A stretch of DNA of 62,946 nucleotides from positions 1 to 62,946 of the forward strand of contig VBLT01000120.1 in the NCBI GenBank assembly GCA_005878615.1, given 5' to 3'. The notes under the pieces are model-generated. The model had not been told where the DNA came from. It saw only the letters and a list, made by a program, of their open reading frames with translations, and ran no database searches. The translations under genes were made by a program, and so were the position numbers. Of this stretch, positions 10,185 through 19,160 are shown in pieces; within the stretch, counting starts at the first letter, position 1; each line of letters begins with the position of its first letter. The stretch comes from Methanobacteriota archaeon. GTDB lineage: Archaea; Thermoplasmatota; Thermoplasmata; RBG-16-68-12.

Positions 10185-10637
10185 CTAATCCCGGAGCCAC
10201 GCCTCGTCGACGCGGGCGTACGCGTGGATCTCGTCGGGCTTGAAGAAGAGCGGGATCTCCCGCTTCGCGCTCTCGAGCGAATCGGACCCGTGGATGATGT
10301 TCCGCCCGATCGTCAGCGCGAGGTCTCCGCGGACCGTCCCCGGTTCGGCCTCCGCGGAATTCGTCTTGCCCATCATCTTCCGCACGATGGCGACGGCCCC
10401 GTCGCCCTCGAGGACCATCGCGACGACTGGCCCCGCGGCAATGTACGACATGAGAGGTTCGAAGAAGGCCTTGCCCCTGTGTTCCGCATAATAGGTCTCG
10501 CCGAGAGACCGGGTCACGCGGAGCATCTTCATCGCGACGACCTTGAGTCCGCGACGCTCGAAGCGCCCAAGGATTTCACCGACGAGCGCGCGTTGGACCG
10601 CGTCCGGCTTCAGGAGCACGAACGTGCGCTCGGCCAT
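10185..10637 (-). CDS. ndk: nucleoside-diphosphate kinase
   Basis: [35 protein letters not shown]... NIIHGSDS active-site region. Confidence 0.95.
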   Translation of the reverse strand: MAERTFVLLKPDAVQRALVGEILGRFERRGLKVVAMKMLRVTRSLGETYYAEHRGKAFFEPLMSYIAAGPVVAMVLEGDGAVAIVRKMMGKTNSAEAEPGTVRGDLALTIGRNIIHGSDSLESAKREIPLFFKPDEIHAYARVDEAWLRD

Positions 10638-10638
10638 C

Positions 10639-11268
10639 TCAGGCCCCTTTCTTCGCCTTCTTCGCGGGCTTTGCGGTCGGCGCGGGAGCTTCCTCTTCTT
10701 CCTCCTCCGGCTTCTCGCGCTTGCGCCCCTTCACCTTGGCCCATTGGCCGTCGAGCCAGGCCTTGAAGACGCGGCGGCCTTCCTGGGAGTCCTTCCAGGC
10801 CGCGAACTCGGCCTTCTCGACGTGCGTCACCGGCTTCGCGCCGTGCTTCTTCTTCGCCCAGCCGAGGATCGACGTCCGGAAGGCCGGGCTGTCGACGAAG
10901 GACGTGAAGAATTTCTCGACCTCTCCTCGCGGGAGGTCCGGACCGAGACGTTTGTCGATCAGGTCGGCGAGGTCCGCCGGGATGTCCTTGCCCTTCGGCG
11001 TCTCGATCGTCACCTCGCCGGGGGCGGCCTCGGCGGGCGCGGGCACCTCCTCGGAGACGATCGCCTCCTCCGTCGCGGCCCGTCCCGCGGCGCGGCGGAA
11101 CGCCTGTGTCCAAGGCGTCCAACGCGGCACGCGGCCGAGGTGGAGCATGTTCGATTGGCATTTGTGGGAACAGAACAGGAAGACCGTCCCATCCTTTCGG
11201 ATGAACATCTTGCCGGTCCCCGGCTCGATCTCGTTGCCGCAGAAGGAGCAGGAACGGCGGGCGGGCAT
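10639..11268 (-). CDS. rpl24e: 50S ribosomal protein L24e (eL24) with ~145-aa C-terminal extension
   Basis: The N-terminus [32 protein letters not shown] is the eL24 zinc-ribbon core. The ORF continues uninterrupted to 209 aa. Confidence 0.85.
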   Translation of the reverse strand: MPARRSCSFCGNEIEPGTGKMFIRKDGTVFLFCSHKCQSNMLHLGRVPRWTPWTQAFRRAAGRAATEEAIVSEEVPAPAEAAPGEVTIETPKGKDIPADLADLIDKRLGPDLPRGEVEKFFTSFVDSPAFRTSILGWAKKKHGAKPVTHVEKAEFAAWKDSQEGRRVFKAWLDGQWAKVKGRKREKPEEEEEEAPAPTAKPAKKAKKGA

Positions 11269-11272
11269 CGGC

Positions 11273-11485
11273 TCACCGGACCGAGAGCTTGCGGGCCTCG
11301 CGGGCGGTCTCGCGGAGCATCAGCACATCGCCGACCTGGATGCTCCCCTTCACGTTCCGCGTGATGATGCGGCCCTTGTCCCGTCCGTCGAGGACGCGGA
11401 CCTTCACCTGGACCGCCTCGCCCGTCATCCCCGTCCGGCCGACGACCTCGACCACTTCTGCGGGGATGCTGTCCTCGTCCGCCAT
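11273..11485 (-). CDS. rps28e: 30S ribosomal protein S28e (eS28)
   Basis: [40 protein letters not shown]. Confidence 0.95.
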   Translation of the reverse strand: MADEDSIPAEVVEVVGRTGMTGEAVQVKVRVLDGRDKGRIITRNVKGSIQVGDVLMLRETAREARKLSVR

Positions 11486-11513
11486 CGTCTCTCCGTGCTC
11501 CTTCCGGGCTCCG

Positions 11514-11885
11514 TCACTTCTTCATCGCGCGGAGCTTGCCGGACAGATCGTCGAGCACCGGCTTCGCCTTGCCGGGGTCCAAGATCGCGATCGAGGCCGT
11601 CGCCTTGCCGAGGCCGACCGCGACGCCGAGCTCCTGTTTGCTCGGGACGTACGCGTAGGGCACGCCTTTCTCCTCGCACAGGAGGGGCATGTGGGCGAGG
11701 ATCTCCTCGGGCTGGACGTCCTCCGCCATGACGACGAACTGAGCCTCGCCTCGCTCGACGAGCTTCGTGACCTCGTTGGTCCCTTTGCGGACCTTCCCGC
11801 TCTCCTTCGCGAGTTCGATCGATTGGTACGTCTTGTCGACCAGGTCCTTCGGCATCTCGAAGCGCACGTACATCGGCTTGGCCAT
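11514..11885 (-). CDS. rpl7ae: 50S ribosomal protein L7Ae (eL8), K-turn binding
   Basis: Internal ATG 11885. [46 protein letters not shown]. Confidence 0.95.
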   Translation of the reverse strand: MAKPMYVRFEMPKDLVDKTYQSIELAKESGKVRKGTNEVTKLVERGEAQFVVMAEDVQPEEILAHMPLLCEEKGVPYAYVPSKQELGVAVGLGKATASIAILDPGKAKPVLDDLSGKLRAMKK

Positions 11886-12010
11886 TGGGGAGACCTCCTT
11901 CCGCCCCGCATCGCGGGGCGTCATGAGTCATCGGCTCTCCGTTCCCAGAGAAGCGGCCGTCGAAGTGGCGCGGCGTATAAAAGGATTTCCAGGATACGCC
12001 GCGGCGATTC

Positions 12011-13435
12011 CTAGGAAGGGCTCGGACCGATTTGCTCGCGGACGATGCGGTTCGCAATCTCCAAGAACTTCTGCTCCGTCCCCGGAGGGATCGTCGCTCC
12101 CGCGGCCGCGTGGTGCCCGCCTCCGAATCCACCCACCGCCTTGCTCGCCTCCTGCATGACCGCGGCGAGGTCGAGCCCGCGCGCGACGAGATCGCGCGTC
12201 GTCCTCGCGCTGACCTTGATCCCGTCGTCCGCCGTCGCGAAGGCGATGATCGGCAGGTCCTTTGCCGCTCCCTCGCGGTTCAAGGCGAGGCTCGCCGCGA
12301 TCCCGACGACGGTGTCGCGGATCCGGTCCGCCGCATGGAAATATTGGATCGCGTCCATCGTGTTGATGCCCGCCTCCGCGATCGCGTCCATCGACTCCAC
12401 GAGATATTCCCGATGGCCGCGCAGGAGCCGCAAGGCCTGTCCGAGGAACTCGTCGCGGTCGCCGCGGCAGACGCGATAGCCGACCTCCGGCTGGTCGTAT
12501 CGGCCGCAGGCATTCACCAGCGTCCCGAATTCCTTCGCGTCCCGGGTCGGGCTTCCCGCGGGTTCTCGGATCAGGGTGTACGTCTCGCCGGCAAGCCGTT
12601 CCGTTTCCTTCACACCGCAGCCGCGTTCGAGCATGTGCGCGACGAGGGCGGTCACGACCCGCCGCTTCTCTCCGTCGTCAAGGTCCGACCAACTCCGCCA
12701 GTGCTCCTCCACCTTGAGGTCGATCCCCAACTCGAGCAGGAAGGCGATGCACGCATCCTCATTCCCGCTGAGCCGCGGGATCCAGGGGTCGGAGGCGTAT
12801 TGCAGCATCTTGTAGGCCGGCCGGGTCTCGCGGCCGAATAGGCGCAGGTCGATCTGGGCCCGGAGGACCCCGGCGTCGATCCCATCCTGGAGGATCGTGC
12901 GGTTGTACCCGGAGAGGCGTCGGAACTCCTGGTCCTGGACGTCTCCGACGGCCCCGACGATCGCGACGGCGGCGAGGTCCCGGTTCGTCGAGGCCAGGGC
13001 CCTCGCGACGGCATAGGCGCATCCGGCCCCGCTCGCGACGTCGGACCCGGCGCCTTCGAGGTGCGGGTTCAACATGAGGATGCGGTCCTGCGACTCGGCG
13101 AAGCGCATCAGGTCGGACCGCAGGACTTTCGGGACCTCCCGTTCCGTGGGGACGTGATGGTCCGTGATCACCGCGTCGAGTCCGTGGAGGGCGTGCATCA
13201 TCCCGGCGCCCAGATCGATGAACCAGACGAGGGGCGTCCCGCGCCGCTTCAGTTCCGTGATCACGGGCTCGTCGAGTTTCTTCACGAACGCGACTTCGTG
13301 CGCGATTCCCGCGCGGTCGAGCGCCTCGGACGCGATCGCCCCGCCCGTGATGCCATCCGTGTCGATGTGGGTCACGATGCGGACCATCGGGGCGTCCCGG
13401 ACGCGCTCCGCGATCTGCTGGGCGACCGCCTCCAT
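12011..13435 (-). CDS. archaeal RecJ-like DHH/DHHA1 nuclease (GAN/RecJ family)
   Basis: HIDTDGITGG (motif I), VITDHH (motif III), GGGHHAAAGATI (DHHA1). Confidence 0.8.
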   Translation of the reverse strand: MEAVAQQIAERVRDAPMVRIVTHIDTDGITGGAIASEALDRAGIAHEVAFVKKLDEPVITELKRRGTPLVWFIDLGAGMMHALHGLDAVITDHHVPTEREVPKVLRSDLMRFAESQDRILMLNPHLEGAGSDVASGAGCAYAVARALASTNRDLAAVAIVGAVGDVQDQEFRRLSGYNRTILQDGIDAGVLRAQIDLRLFGRETRPAYKMLQYASDPWIPRLSGNEDACIAFLLELGIDLKVEEHWRSWSDLDDGEKRRVVTALVAHMLERGCGVKETERLAGETYTLIREPAGSPTRDAKEFGTLVNACGRYDQPEVGYRVCRGDRDEFLGQALRLLRGHREYLVESMDAIAEAGINTMDAIQYFHAADRIRDTVVGIAASLALNREGAAKDLPIIAFATADDGIKVSARTTRDLVARGLDLAAVMQEASKAVGGFGGGHHAAAGATIPPGTEQKFLEIANRIVREQIGPSPS

Positions 13436-13521
13436 CGAGGGCGACTAGCGGGGGACCGCTCCTTGAATCTTTGGGAGGGAACGGCGGACGCCCTTTCGAC
13501 ATCAAGCGGGGGCGAGTGCAT

Positions 13522-13543
13522 GTTATAGTCAAGTAACTATAAC
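13522..13543. promoter_or_regulatory. inverted repeat GTTATAGT-N6-ACTATAAC in divergent intergenic region; possible paired TATA boxes
   Basis: Read directly from the sequence. It lies between the recJ-like start (13435, minus) and the Nudix start (13586, plus). Confidence 0.35.
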
Positions 13544-13585
13544 GCGGCCAAGGCGGATATTCCCGGAGCGAGTTGCGAGGCCGCG

Positions 13586-13987
13586 ATGCTCCACGTGACC
13601 GCGACGGCACTCCTCCTGAAGGAGGGGCGGGTCCTCCTGGGAAGACGGACCAGCACAGTCCGTTTCGCCGGCATGTGGGATGCCTTCGGCGGCCACCTGG
13701 TGCCCTGCGAGGAACCCTCGACCGCCTTGATCCGGGAACTGAAAGAAGAGCTAGGGATCGAGGTCGTCGGCCCGCGGTTCTTGGGGATTTACGAAGACGT
13801 CGACCCGACATCCCGAGACCTTTTCCGCCACTACCTCTTCGTCGTGACCCGGTGGGAGGGCGATGTGCGGATTGCGAACGAGGAACATTCGGAGATTCGC
13901 TGGTTCACGCCCTCGGACGCGGTGATGTTGGATCTGGCACCGTCCTTGAAGGACTCGATCCGTCGACTGATTCCGACGAAACCTTAA
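13586..13987 (+). CDS. Nudix hydrolase
   Basis: Nudix box GGHLVPCEEPSTALIRELKEELGI (Gx5Ex7REUxEExGU). Confidence 0.85.
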   Translation: MLHVTATALLLKEGRVLLGRRTSTVRFAGMWDAFGGHLVPCEEPSTALIRELKEELGIEVVGPRFLGIYEDVDPTSRDLFRHYLFVVTRWEGDVRIANEEHSEIRWFTPSDAVMLDLAPSLKDSIRRLIPTKP

Positions 13988-14021
13988 GCGAAACGCGGGA
14001 CTTGAGTGGATTGGCCGTGCC

Positions 14022-14441
14022 ATGACGGATGACGCGACGATTCGAAAGATCCTGACGACCATCCGAACGATTGCGGTCGTCGGATGTTCGAAGGACCCCA
14101 CCAAAGATGCGCACCGGGTCCCGAAGTACATGCAACAGCATGGGTACCGAATCATCCCGGTGAATCCGACGGCGACGGAGATCCTCGGCGAGAAGGCGTA
14201 CCCGTCCCTTGACGCGGTCCCGATCCCATACGACGCCGTCGACATCTTCCGCCCGTCCGCGGATGTCCCGCCGATCGTCGATCAGGCGATCAAGGGTCCC
14301 GCGAAGGTCATCTGGATGCAGCTCGGCATCCGGAACGAGGCGGCGGCCTCCAAGGCCCAGGCGGCCGGCAGGACCGTCGTGCAGGACCACTGCCTGATGC
14401 GCGACCACGCGCGGCTATTCGGCGGCGACATCCTCGAATGA
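14022..14441 (+). CDS. CoA-binding domain protein (YccU-like)
   Basis: IAVVGCSKDPTKDAHRVPKYMQQHGYRIIPVNP... VDIFRP... VIWMQLG. Confidence 0.85.
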   Translation: MTDDATIRKILTTIRTIAVVGCSKDPTKDAHRVPKYMQQHGYRIIPVNPTATEILGEKAYPSLDAVPIPYDAVDIFRPSADVPPIVDQAIKGPAKVIWMQLGIRNEAAASKAQAAGRTVVQDHCLMRDHARLFGGDILE

Positions 14442-15050
14442 GGACGCCGCGAAGACGATCGCGACGCTCGGCGCGCCCGCGCGCCGCGCCGCGGCGCTGA
14501 GTGCCTCGATCTCCCCGAGGAGACTCGTCACGGACGCCGGCGCATTGAATTTCATCTTGGACGCCCAGTCGTAGAGAGCGCGGACCCTCGGCTCGGGGAC
14601 GATCCCCACTCGATACCCGCCGGCGACGCCGCGCTCCAGCTTCACAATCGGGCTGATGCCGGAAAAGGCCTGCACGGGGATCTCAATCCACTCCGTCGAC
14701 TCCTTCGGCAGCAGCTCACGGAACGGGTCCTCCTGAAGCGCTTCCTCGGCGCTCACGAAGGACTCGAGGCCCGCCTCGCCCTCCCACACCCTGCCGAGGC
14801 GCGCGCCCGCGGACACGACCGAGTGATCGAGCCACGCCAGATCGTGCACCCGCTCGATCGACGCCCGGCGGGTCCAGAGGGTCTTCGCGAGGAGCTGGTA
14901 TCCTTCGCGGAGGGCCTTCGCCTCCGGGGACTTCGTGCCGCCCGATCGCTGCGCCTTGTCGAGCGCCGCGGCGAGGACCGGCTGCGCCGTGAGGAGCTCC
15001 TGGAAGTCCACGACGCGCAGGAGGCCGCGCCATCCCATGGGACCCATCAC
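14415..15050 (-). CDS. hypothetical protein (211 aa)
   Basis: Protein-like composition; no family recognised. There is a 27-nt convergent overlap with the previous gene. Confidence 0.4.
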   Translation of the reverse strand: MMGPMGWRGLLRVVDFQELLTAQPVLAAALDKAQRSGGTKSPEAKALREGYQLLAKTLWTRRASIERVHDLAWLDHSVVSAGARLGRVWEGEAGLESFVSAEEALQEDPFRELLPKESTEWIEIPVQAFSGISPIVKLERGVAGGYRVGIVPEPRVRALYDWASKMKFNAPASVTSLLGEIEALSAAARRAGAPSVAIVFAASSFEDVAAE

Positions 15051-15111
15051 GGGCCCTCGCCAAGAAAAGCGTGTCGGCCCCTCGTTGCTCGAATGCCCGC
15101 GGTGGTGCGGC

Positions 15112-15612
15112 TCAATGGAGCACGACGGACTTGACCCCGTCCACCTGTTTGATCAGGGGCAGCAGCCGCTCGGGGACCGGGGCCTCCGTCACGATGAACC
15201 CATGCGGATCGTCGACGATCTCCGGATCGTCCATGATCACCTGGCGGACGGAGATGCCCGCCTGCGCGATGATCGTCGTGACCCCGGCGAGGATGCCGGG
15301 CTTCGCCGCGTTCGTCGGCACGATCTCGATCGCGCCCCAGTTCATCAGAGGGGCGACGTCCCTCAGGTAGCACGCCGGCAGGAGTCGGTCGAAGAAATTC
15401 CCCAGCTCCGGGTTCTTCGCGATCGTGTCGACCGTGGCCGTGACGACGCGACGGTCCACGCCAGCGGCGCGCGCGAGGGACGTGTCGGAGATCTTGATCG
15501 CTCCCGCGTAGACGTTGCCTTCGTGGACGCGAAGTCCTGTCAGGACCATGAGTTGGGCGACTTTCTCTTGCGCCGGGAAGCCCTTGAAGTACGGACGCAA
15601 CCTCGACCACAT
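15112..15612 (-). CDS. ACT-domain regulator-like protein (HTH-like N-terminus + ACT)
   Basis: Only the C-terminal 166 codons of ORF 15112..17217 are protein-like (start ATG 15612). The ACT-like part is GILAGVTTIIAQAGISVRQVIMDDPEI. Confidence 0.7.
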   Translation of the reverse strand: MWSRLRPYFKGFPAQEKVAQLMVLTGLRVHEGNVYAGAIKISDTSLARAAGVDRRVVTATVDTIAKNPELGNFFDRLLPACYLRDVAPLMNWGAIEIVPTNAAKPGILAGVTTIIAQAGISVRQVIMDDPEIVDDPHGFIVTEAPVPERLLPLIKQVDGVKSVVLH

Positions 15613-15752
15613 GCTAAGTCCACGTAATGCACGAAAAGATTCTATGGAGCTTAAATCCTCTCGGTTTCGTTTGTAGTTGCGAGTATTCTTACTCCTCGTG
15701 TTGCACCATCCATGTATTCTCACTCTACATAAATGTACGTCATAGAACGTAA

Positions 15753-15766
15753 ACGTTATATAACGT
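15753..15766. promoter_or_regulatory. perfect 14-nt palindrome ACGTTATATAACGT containing a TATA box, upstream of trpB2
   Basis: Located in the AT-rich divergent intergenic region 15613..15789. The TATA core TTATATAA lies ~27-34 nt before ATG 15790. Confidence 0.4.
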
Positions 15767-15789
15767 CCGGATATCTGTGTCAGCGTCAA

Positions 15790-17145
15790 ATGGTGGTGAC
15801 CATGCAAGCGATCCATCCGAGTTCGGCGGCCGCGGGACACGTGAAAATCCTCCTCGATGAGGACGACCTCCCGCGGGCGTGGTACAACATCCTGCCGGAT
15901 TTGCCCGCTCCCTTCCCTCCCTACCTTCACCCCGGGACGAAGGAGCCGGTCCCGCCGCAGGCCTTCGAGCCGCTGTTCCCGAAGGAGCTCATCCGCCAGG
16001 AGATGAGCCCGAACCGCTCGGAGCCGATCCCCGAAGAACTGCGCGAGGCCTACCTCCGATTCGGCCGACCGACGCCGCTGTACCGGGCCTCCCGCCTGGA
16101 GGCGTTCCTCAAGACGCCGGCGCGGATCTACTACAAGCGGGAGGATCTCTCCCCGGTCGGATCCCACAAGCCGAACACCGCGATCGCGCAGGCGTACTTC
16201 GCCGCGAAGGAAGGGGTCGAGGCCCTCGCGACGGAGACGGGGGCCGGCCAATGGGGATCCGCGCTCGCCCTCGCGACGAACTATTTCGGCCTCCGGTCCA
16301 AGGTGTTCATGGTCCGTGTCTCGTACGACCAGAAGCCCTACCGGAAGTACATGATGCGGCTCTTCGGCGCGGAAGTCATCCCGAGCCCGAGCGACCGGAC
16401 GAACGTGGGGAAGAAGATCCTCGCACAGGACCCGAACCATCCCGGATCCCTCGGCGTCGCGATCTCGGAGGCGATCGAGACGGCGGTGACGAGCCCGAAC
16501 ACGCGGTATTCCCTCGGATCCGTCCTGAACCACGTGCTGATGCATCAGACGGTCATCGGCCTCGAGGCGCAGAAGCAGTTCGAGATCGCGGACATCACGC
16601 CGGACTACATGGTCGGCTCCGTCGGGGGAGGCTCCAACTTCGCGGGCTTCACCTACCCGACCATCGGAGAGCGGATCCACGGGCGTTCGGAGACGCGGTT
16701 CATCGCGGTCGAGCCGACATCGGTCCCCTCGATGACCCAGGGCCGATACGAATACGACTTCGGCGACACCGGCGAGATGACGCCGCTCGTGAAGATGCAC
16801 ACCCTCGGCCACACCTTCGTACCGCCGCGCATCCACGCGGGCGGCCTGCGGTACCACGGGACCGCGGCGACCCTGAGCGTCCTCCTGGACGCAGGGCTCG
16901 TCGAGCCGCGCGCGGTCGACCAGGTGAGCACCTTCCAGGCCGGCGAGATCTTCGCCAAGACGGAAGGACTCATCGCGGCGCCGGAGACCTGCCACGCGAT
17001 CCGCGGCGCGATCGACCTGGCGCTCGAGGCGAAGAAGCGGAACGAGGAGACGGTCATCGCCTTCAACTACAGCGGCCACGGGCTGTTGGACCTCGAGGGC
17101 TACGCGCAGTTCCTCGCCGGCAACCTGAGCAGCAACGGGCCCTGA
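15790..17145 (+). CDS. trpB2: TrpB-like PLP-dependent enzyme (tryptophan synthase beta, TrpB2 type)
   Basis: [13 protein letters not shown]... [13 protein letters not shown]... GGGSNFAG. The start is ambiguous among ATG 15733, 15790 and 15802; the TATA position favours 15790 or 15802. Confidence 0.85.
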   Translation: MVVTMQAIHPSSAAAGHVKILLDEDDLPRAWYNILPDLPAPFPPYLHPGTKEPVPPQAFEPLFPKELIRQEMSPNRSEPIPEELREAYLRFGRPTPLYRASRLEAFLKTPARIYYKREDLSPVGSHKPNTAIAQAYFAAKEGVEALATETGAGQWGSALALATNYFGLRSKVFMVRVSYDQKPYRKYMMRLFGAEVIPSPSDRTNVGKKILAQDPNHPGSLGVAISEAIETAVTSPNTRYSLGSVLNHVLMHQTVIGLEAQKQFEIADITPDYMVGSVGGGSNFAGFTYPTIGERIHGRSETRFIAVEPTSVPSMTQGRYEYDFGDTGEMTPLVKMHTLGHTFVPPRIHAGGLRYHGTAATLSVLLDAGLVEPRAVDQVSTFQAGEIFAKTEGLIAAPETCHAIRGAIDLALEAKKRNEETVIAFNYSGHGLLDLEGYAQFLAGNLSSNGP

Positions 17146-17228
17146 CCACCCCGCTGGCCGCAATCCGTTCCCGAGTCGTCGGATTAGCCGCGCGAAGTCT
17201 CTTGAGGTCTCGGACAATCCGGCCGACC

Positions 17229-19160
17229 ATGGACGTGGGCGTGGATGTCGGCGGGACCTTCACGGACTTCGTCGGGTTCCGCGGCCGCGAGGTCGTGACG
17301 GCCAAGGTTCCGTCGACGCCCGATCCCTCCCGCGCGGTCGTCGACGGGATGCGGGAGCTCGGGGCCGGCGACATGGCCCACGGGACGACGGTCGCCACGA
17401 ACGCGATCCTGCAACGAAAAGGGGCCCGCACGGTATTCGTGACGACGGCGGGCTTCGAAGACCTGCTGGTCATCGGCCGCCAGGACCGTCCGAACTTGTA
17501 CGACTTCCACGTCACACGGGCGTCTCCGCCGGTCGATTCGGAGATGTGCCTCGGAGCCGACGAACGCGTCGACGCGCGAGGACGCCCGTTGCGGCCTCTG
17601 ACGGAGCGGGAGGCCCGCCGAATTGCCAGGGAGGTGCGTTCCCGAAAGGCGGAATCCGTGGCGATTTGCCTGCTCTTCTCCTTCATGCGACCGAGCCACG
17701 AGCGGATCCTCCGCGATGCCCTTGGCGACCTCCCCGTCTCGATGAGCCACGAAGTCCTCCCGGAATTTCGAGAGTATGAGCGCGCTTCGACCACCGTGTT
17801 GGACGCCTACCTGAAACCGCTCGTCGGCCGCTACCTGACCGAGTTGAGGGCCGCAATTCGAAAGGACTTCTTCGTGATGAAATCGGGAGGCGGCGTGGCC
17901 GTCCATTCGGCCGTCGCCCGACGACCGGTTGACTTGGTCCTCAGCGGTCCCGCGGGCGGCGTCGCCGCCGGCGCGGCCCTGTCTCGAGGGAGCCATTCGA
18001 GGAACTTCGTCACCTTCGACATGGGAGGGACCAGCGCAGATTTTTCCGCACTCCCGAAGGGCGAGCCGACCTGGACGACCGATGCCGTGATCGACACCTT
18101 CCCGATTGCGATCCCGGTCATCGACATCGAGTCCGTGGGCGCGGGAGGAGGGAGCCTTGCGTGGATTGACCCGGGAGGCGCGCTTCGAGTCGGACCCGAG
18201 AGCGCCGGCGCGACCCCGGGGCCCATGGCCTACGGTGCGGGCGGGTCCCAGGTCACGGTGACGGATGCCGACCTCGTCGGCGGGTCCCTTGGACCGAGTC
18301 TCCTCGGAGGTCGGCTTCCCCTCGACAGGTCCCTCTCCACAAAAGGGATCGAGGCCCTCGCATCGACCCTGCATCTTTCCCGGGACGAAGCGATCCTCGG
18401 CGTCCAGCGGGTTGTCGAAGCCTCGATGGCGAAGGCGATGCGGCTGGTCCTCGCCCGTCGCGGCCTTGACCCGAGGGATTTTGCGTTGCTCGCCTTCGGC
18501 GGCGCCGGGCCGATGCACGCATGCGCCCTCGCCCAACAGCTCGGGGTCCGGACGGTCCTCGTGCCCTTCCTCCCTGGGGCGTTCTCGGCCTACGGCATCC
18601 TGATCTCTCCGATCCGAGCCGAGTATGGGCGAAGCGTCCTCCGACCGTTGGAGCGAGCCGAGACGGTCATCGAGTCGGCGATCGAGGAGTTCCGTGACCG
18701 GGCGATTTCGGTGCTGCGGACGCAAGGGCACGATGTGGGTCGGGCTCAATTCGAATCGAGCGTCGACCTACGATTCAAGGGGCAGAGTTACGAAATCAAC
18801 GTTCCGATCCGCGGCGACTTGAGGCGGGCCTTCCATCGAGCGCATCGGCTTCGGTACGGATACGCCTCGCGGAGCGAAGCGATCGAGGTCGTCGCGGCCC
18901 GCCTCGTGGTCCGCATGCCACGTCCGTTCCGCCGGCCGCGTGCGCCTCTTCATCGCGGTTCGCGTCCGCGGAGTCGCCGGGTTCTTTTCGACGACGGATG
19001 GCATGATGTCCCCGTCCACGAACGGTCGCGCCTCGGCGTCGGGAGCGAGATCGACGGTCCCGCCATCGTGGCGGAGGACCATGCGACCACTGTCGTTCCT
19101 CCCGGCGCGCACCTCACCGTGGATCGATTGGGCCTTCTCGAGGTCGAGGTGCCCCGATGA
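17229..19160 (+). CDS. hydantoinase/oxoprolinase family, A (HyuA-like) subunit
   Basis: MDVGVDVGGTFTDFV... GTTVATNAILQRKG... DMGGTSADFS. Start taken at the internal ATG 17229 of ORF 15879..19160. Confidence 0.9.
   Translation: MDVGVDVGGTFTDFVGFRGREVVTAKVPSTPDPSRAVVDGMRELGAGDMAHGTTVATNAILQRKGARTVFVTTAGFEDLLVIGRQDRPNLYDFHVTRASPPVDSEMCLGADERVDARGRPLRPLTEREARRIAREVRSRKAESVAICLLFSFMRPSHERILRDALGDLPVSMSHEVLPEFREYERASTTVLDAYLKPLVGRYLTELRAAIRKDFFVMKSGGGVAVHSAVARRPVDLVLSGPAGGVAAGAALSRGSHSRNFVTFDMGGTSADFSALPKGEPTWTTDAVIDTFPIAIPVIDIESVGAGGGSLAWIDPGGALRVGPESAGATPGPMAYGAGGSQVTVTDADLVGGSLGPSLLGGRLPLDRSLSTKGIEALASTLHLSRDEAILGVQRVVEASMAKAMRLVLARRGLDPRDFALLAFGGAGPMHACALAQQLGVRTVLVPFLPGAFSAYGILISPIRAEYGRSVLRPLERAETVIESAIEEFRDRAISVLRTQGHDVGRAQFESSVDLRFKGQSYEINVPIRGDLRRAFHRAHRLRYGYASRSEAIEVVAARLVVRMPRPFRRPRAPLHRGSRPRSRRVLFDDGWHDVPVHERSRLGVGSEIDGPAIVAEDHATTVVPPGAHLTVDRLGLLEVEVPR

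Noticed and set aside
15112-17217. 701-aa ORF, and the 1093-aa ORF 15879..19160, considered as single large proteins.
   Set aside because: Only the C-terminal parts are protein-like: the ACT-domain protein from 15612, and HyuA from 17229. The remainder overlaps trpB2 in other frames and is R/P/G-rich.
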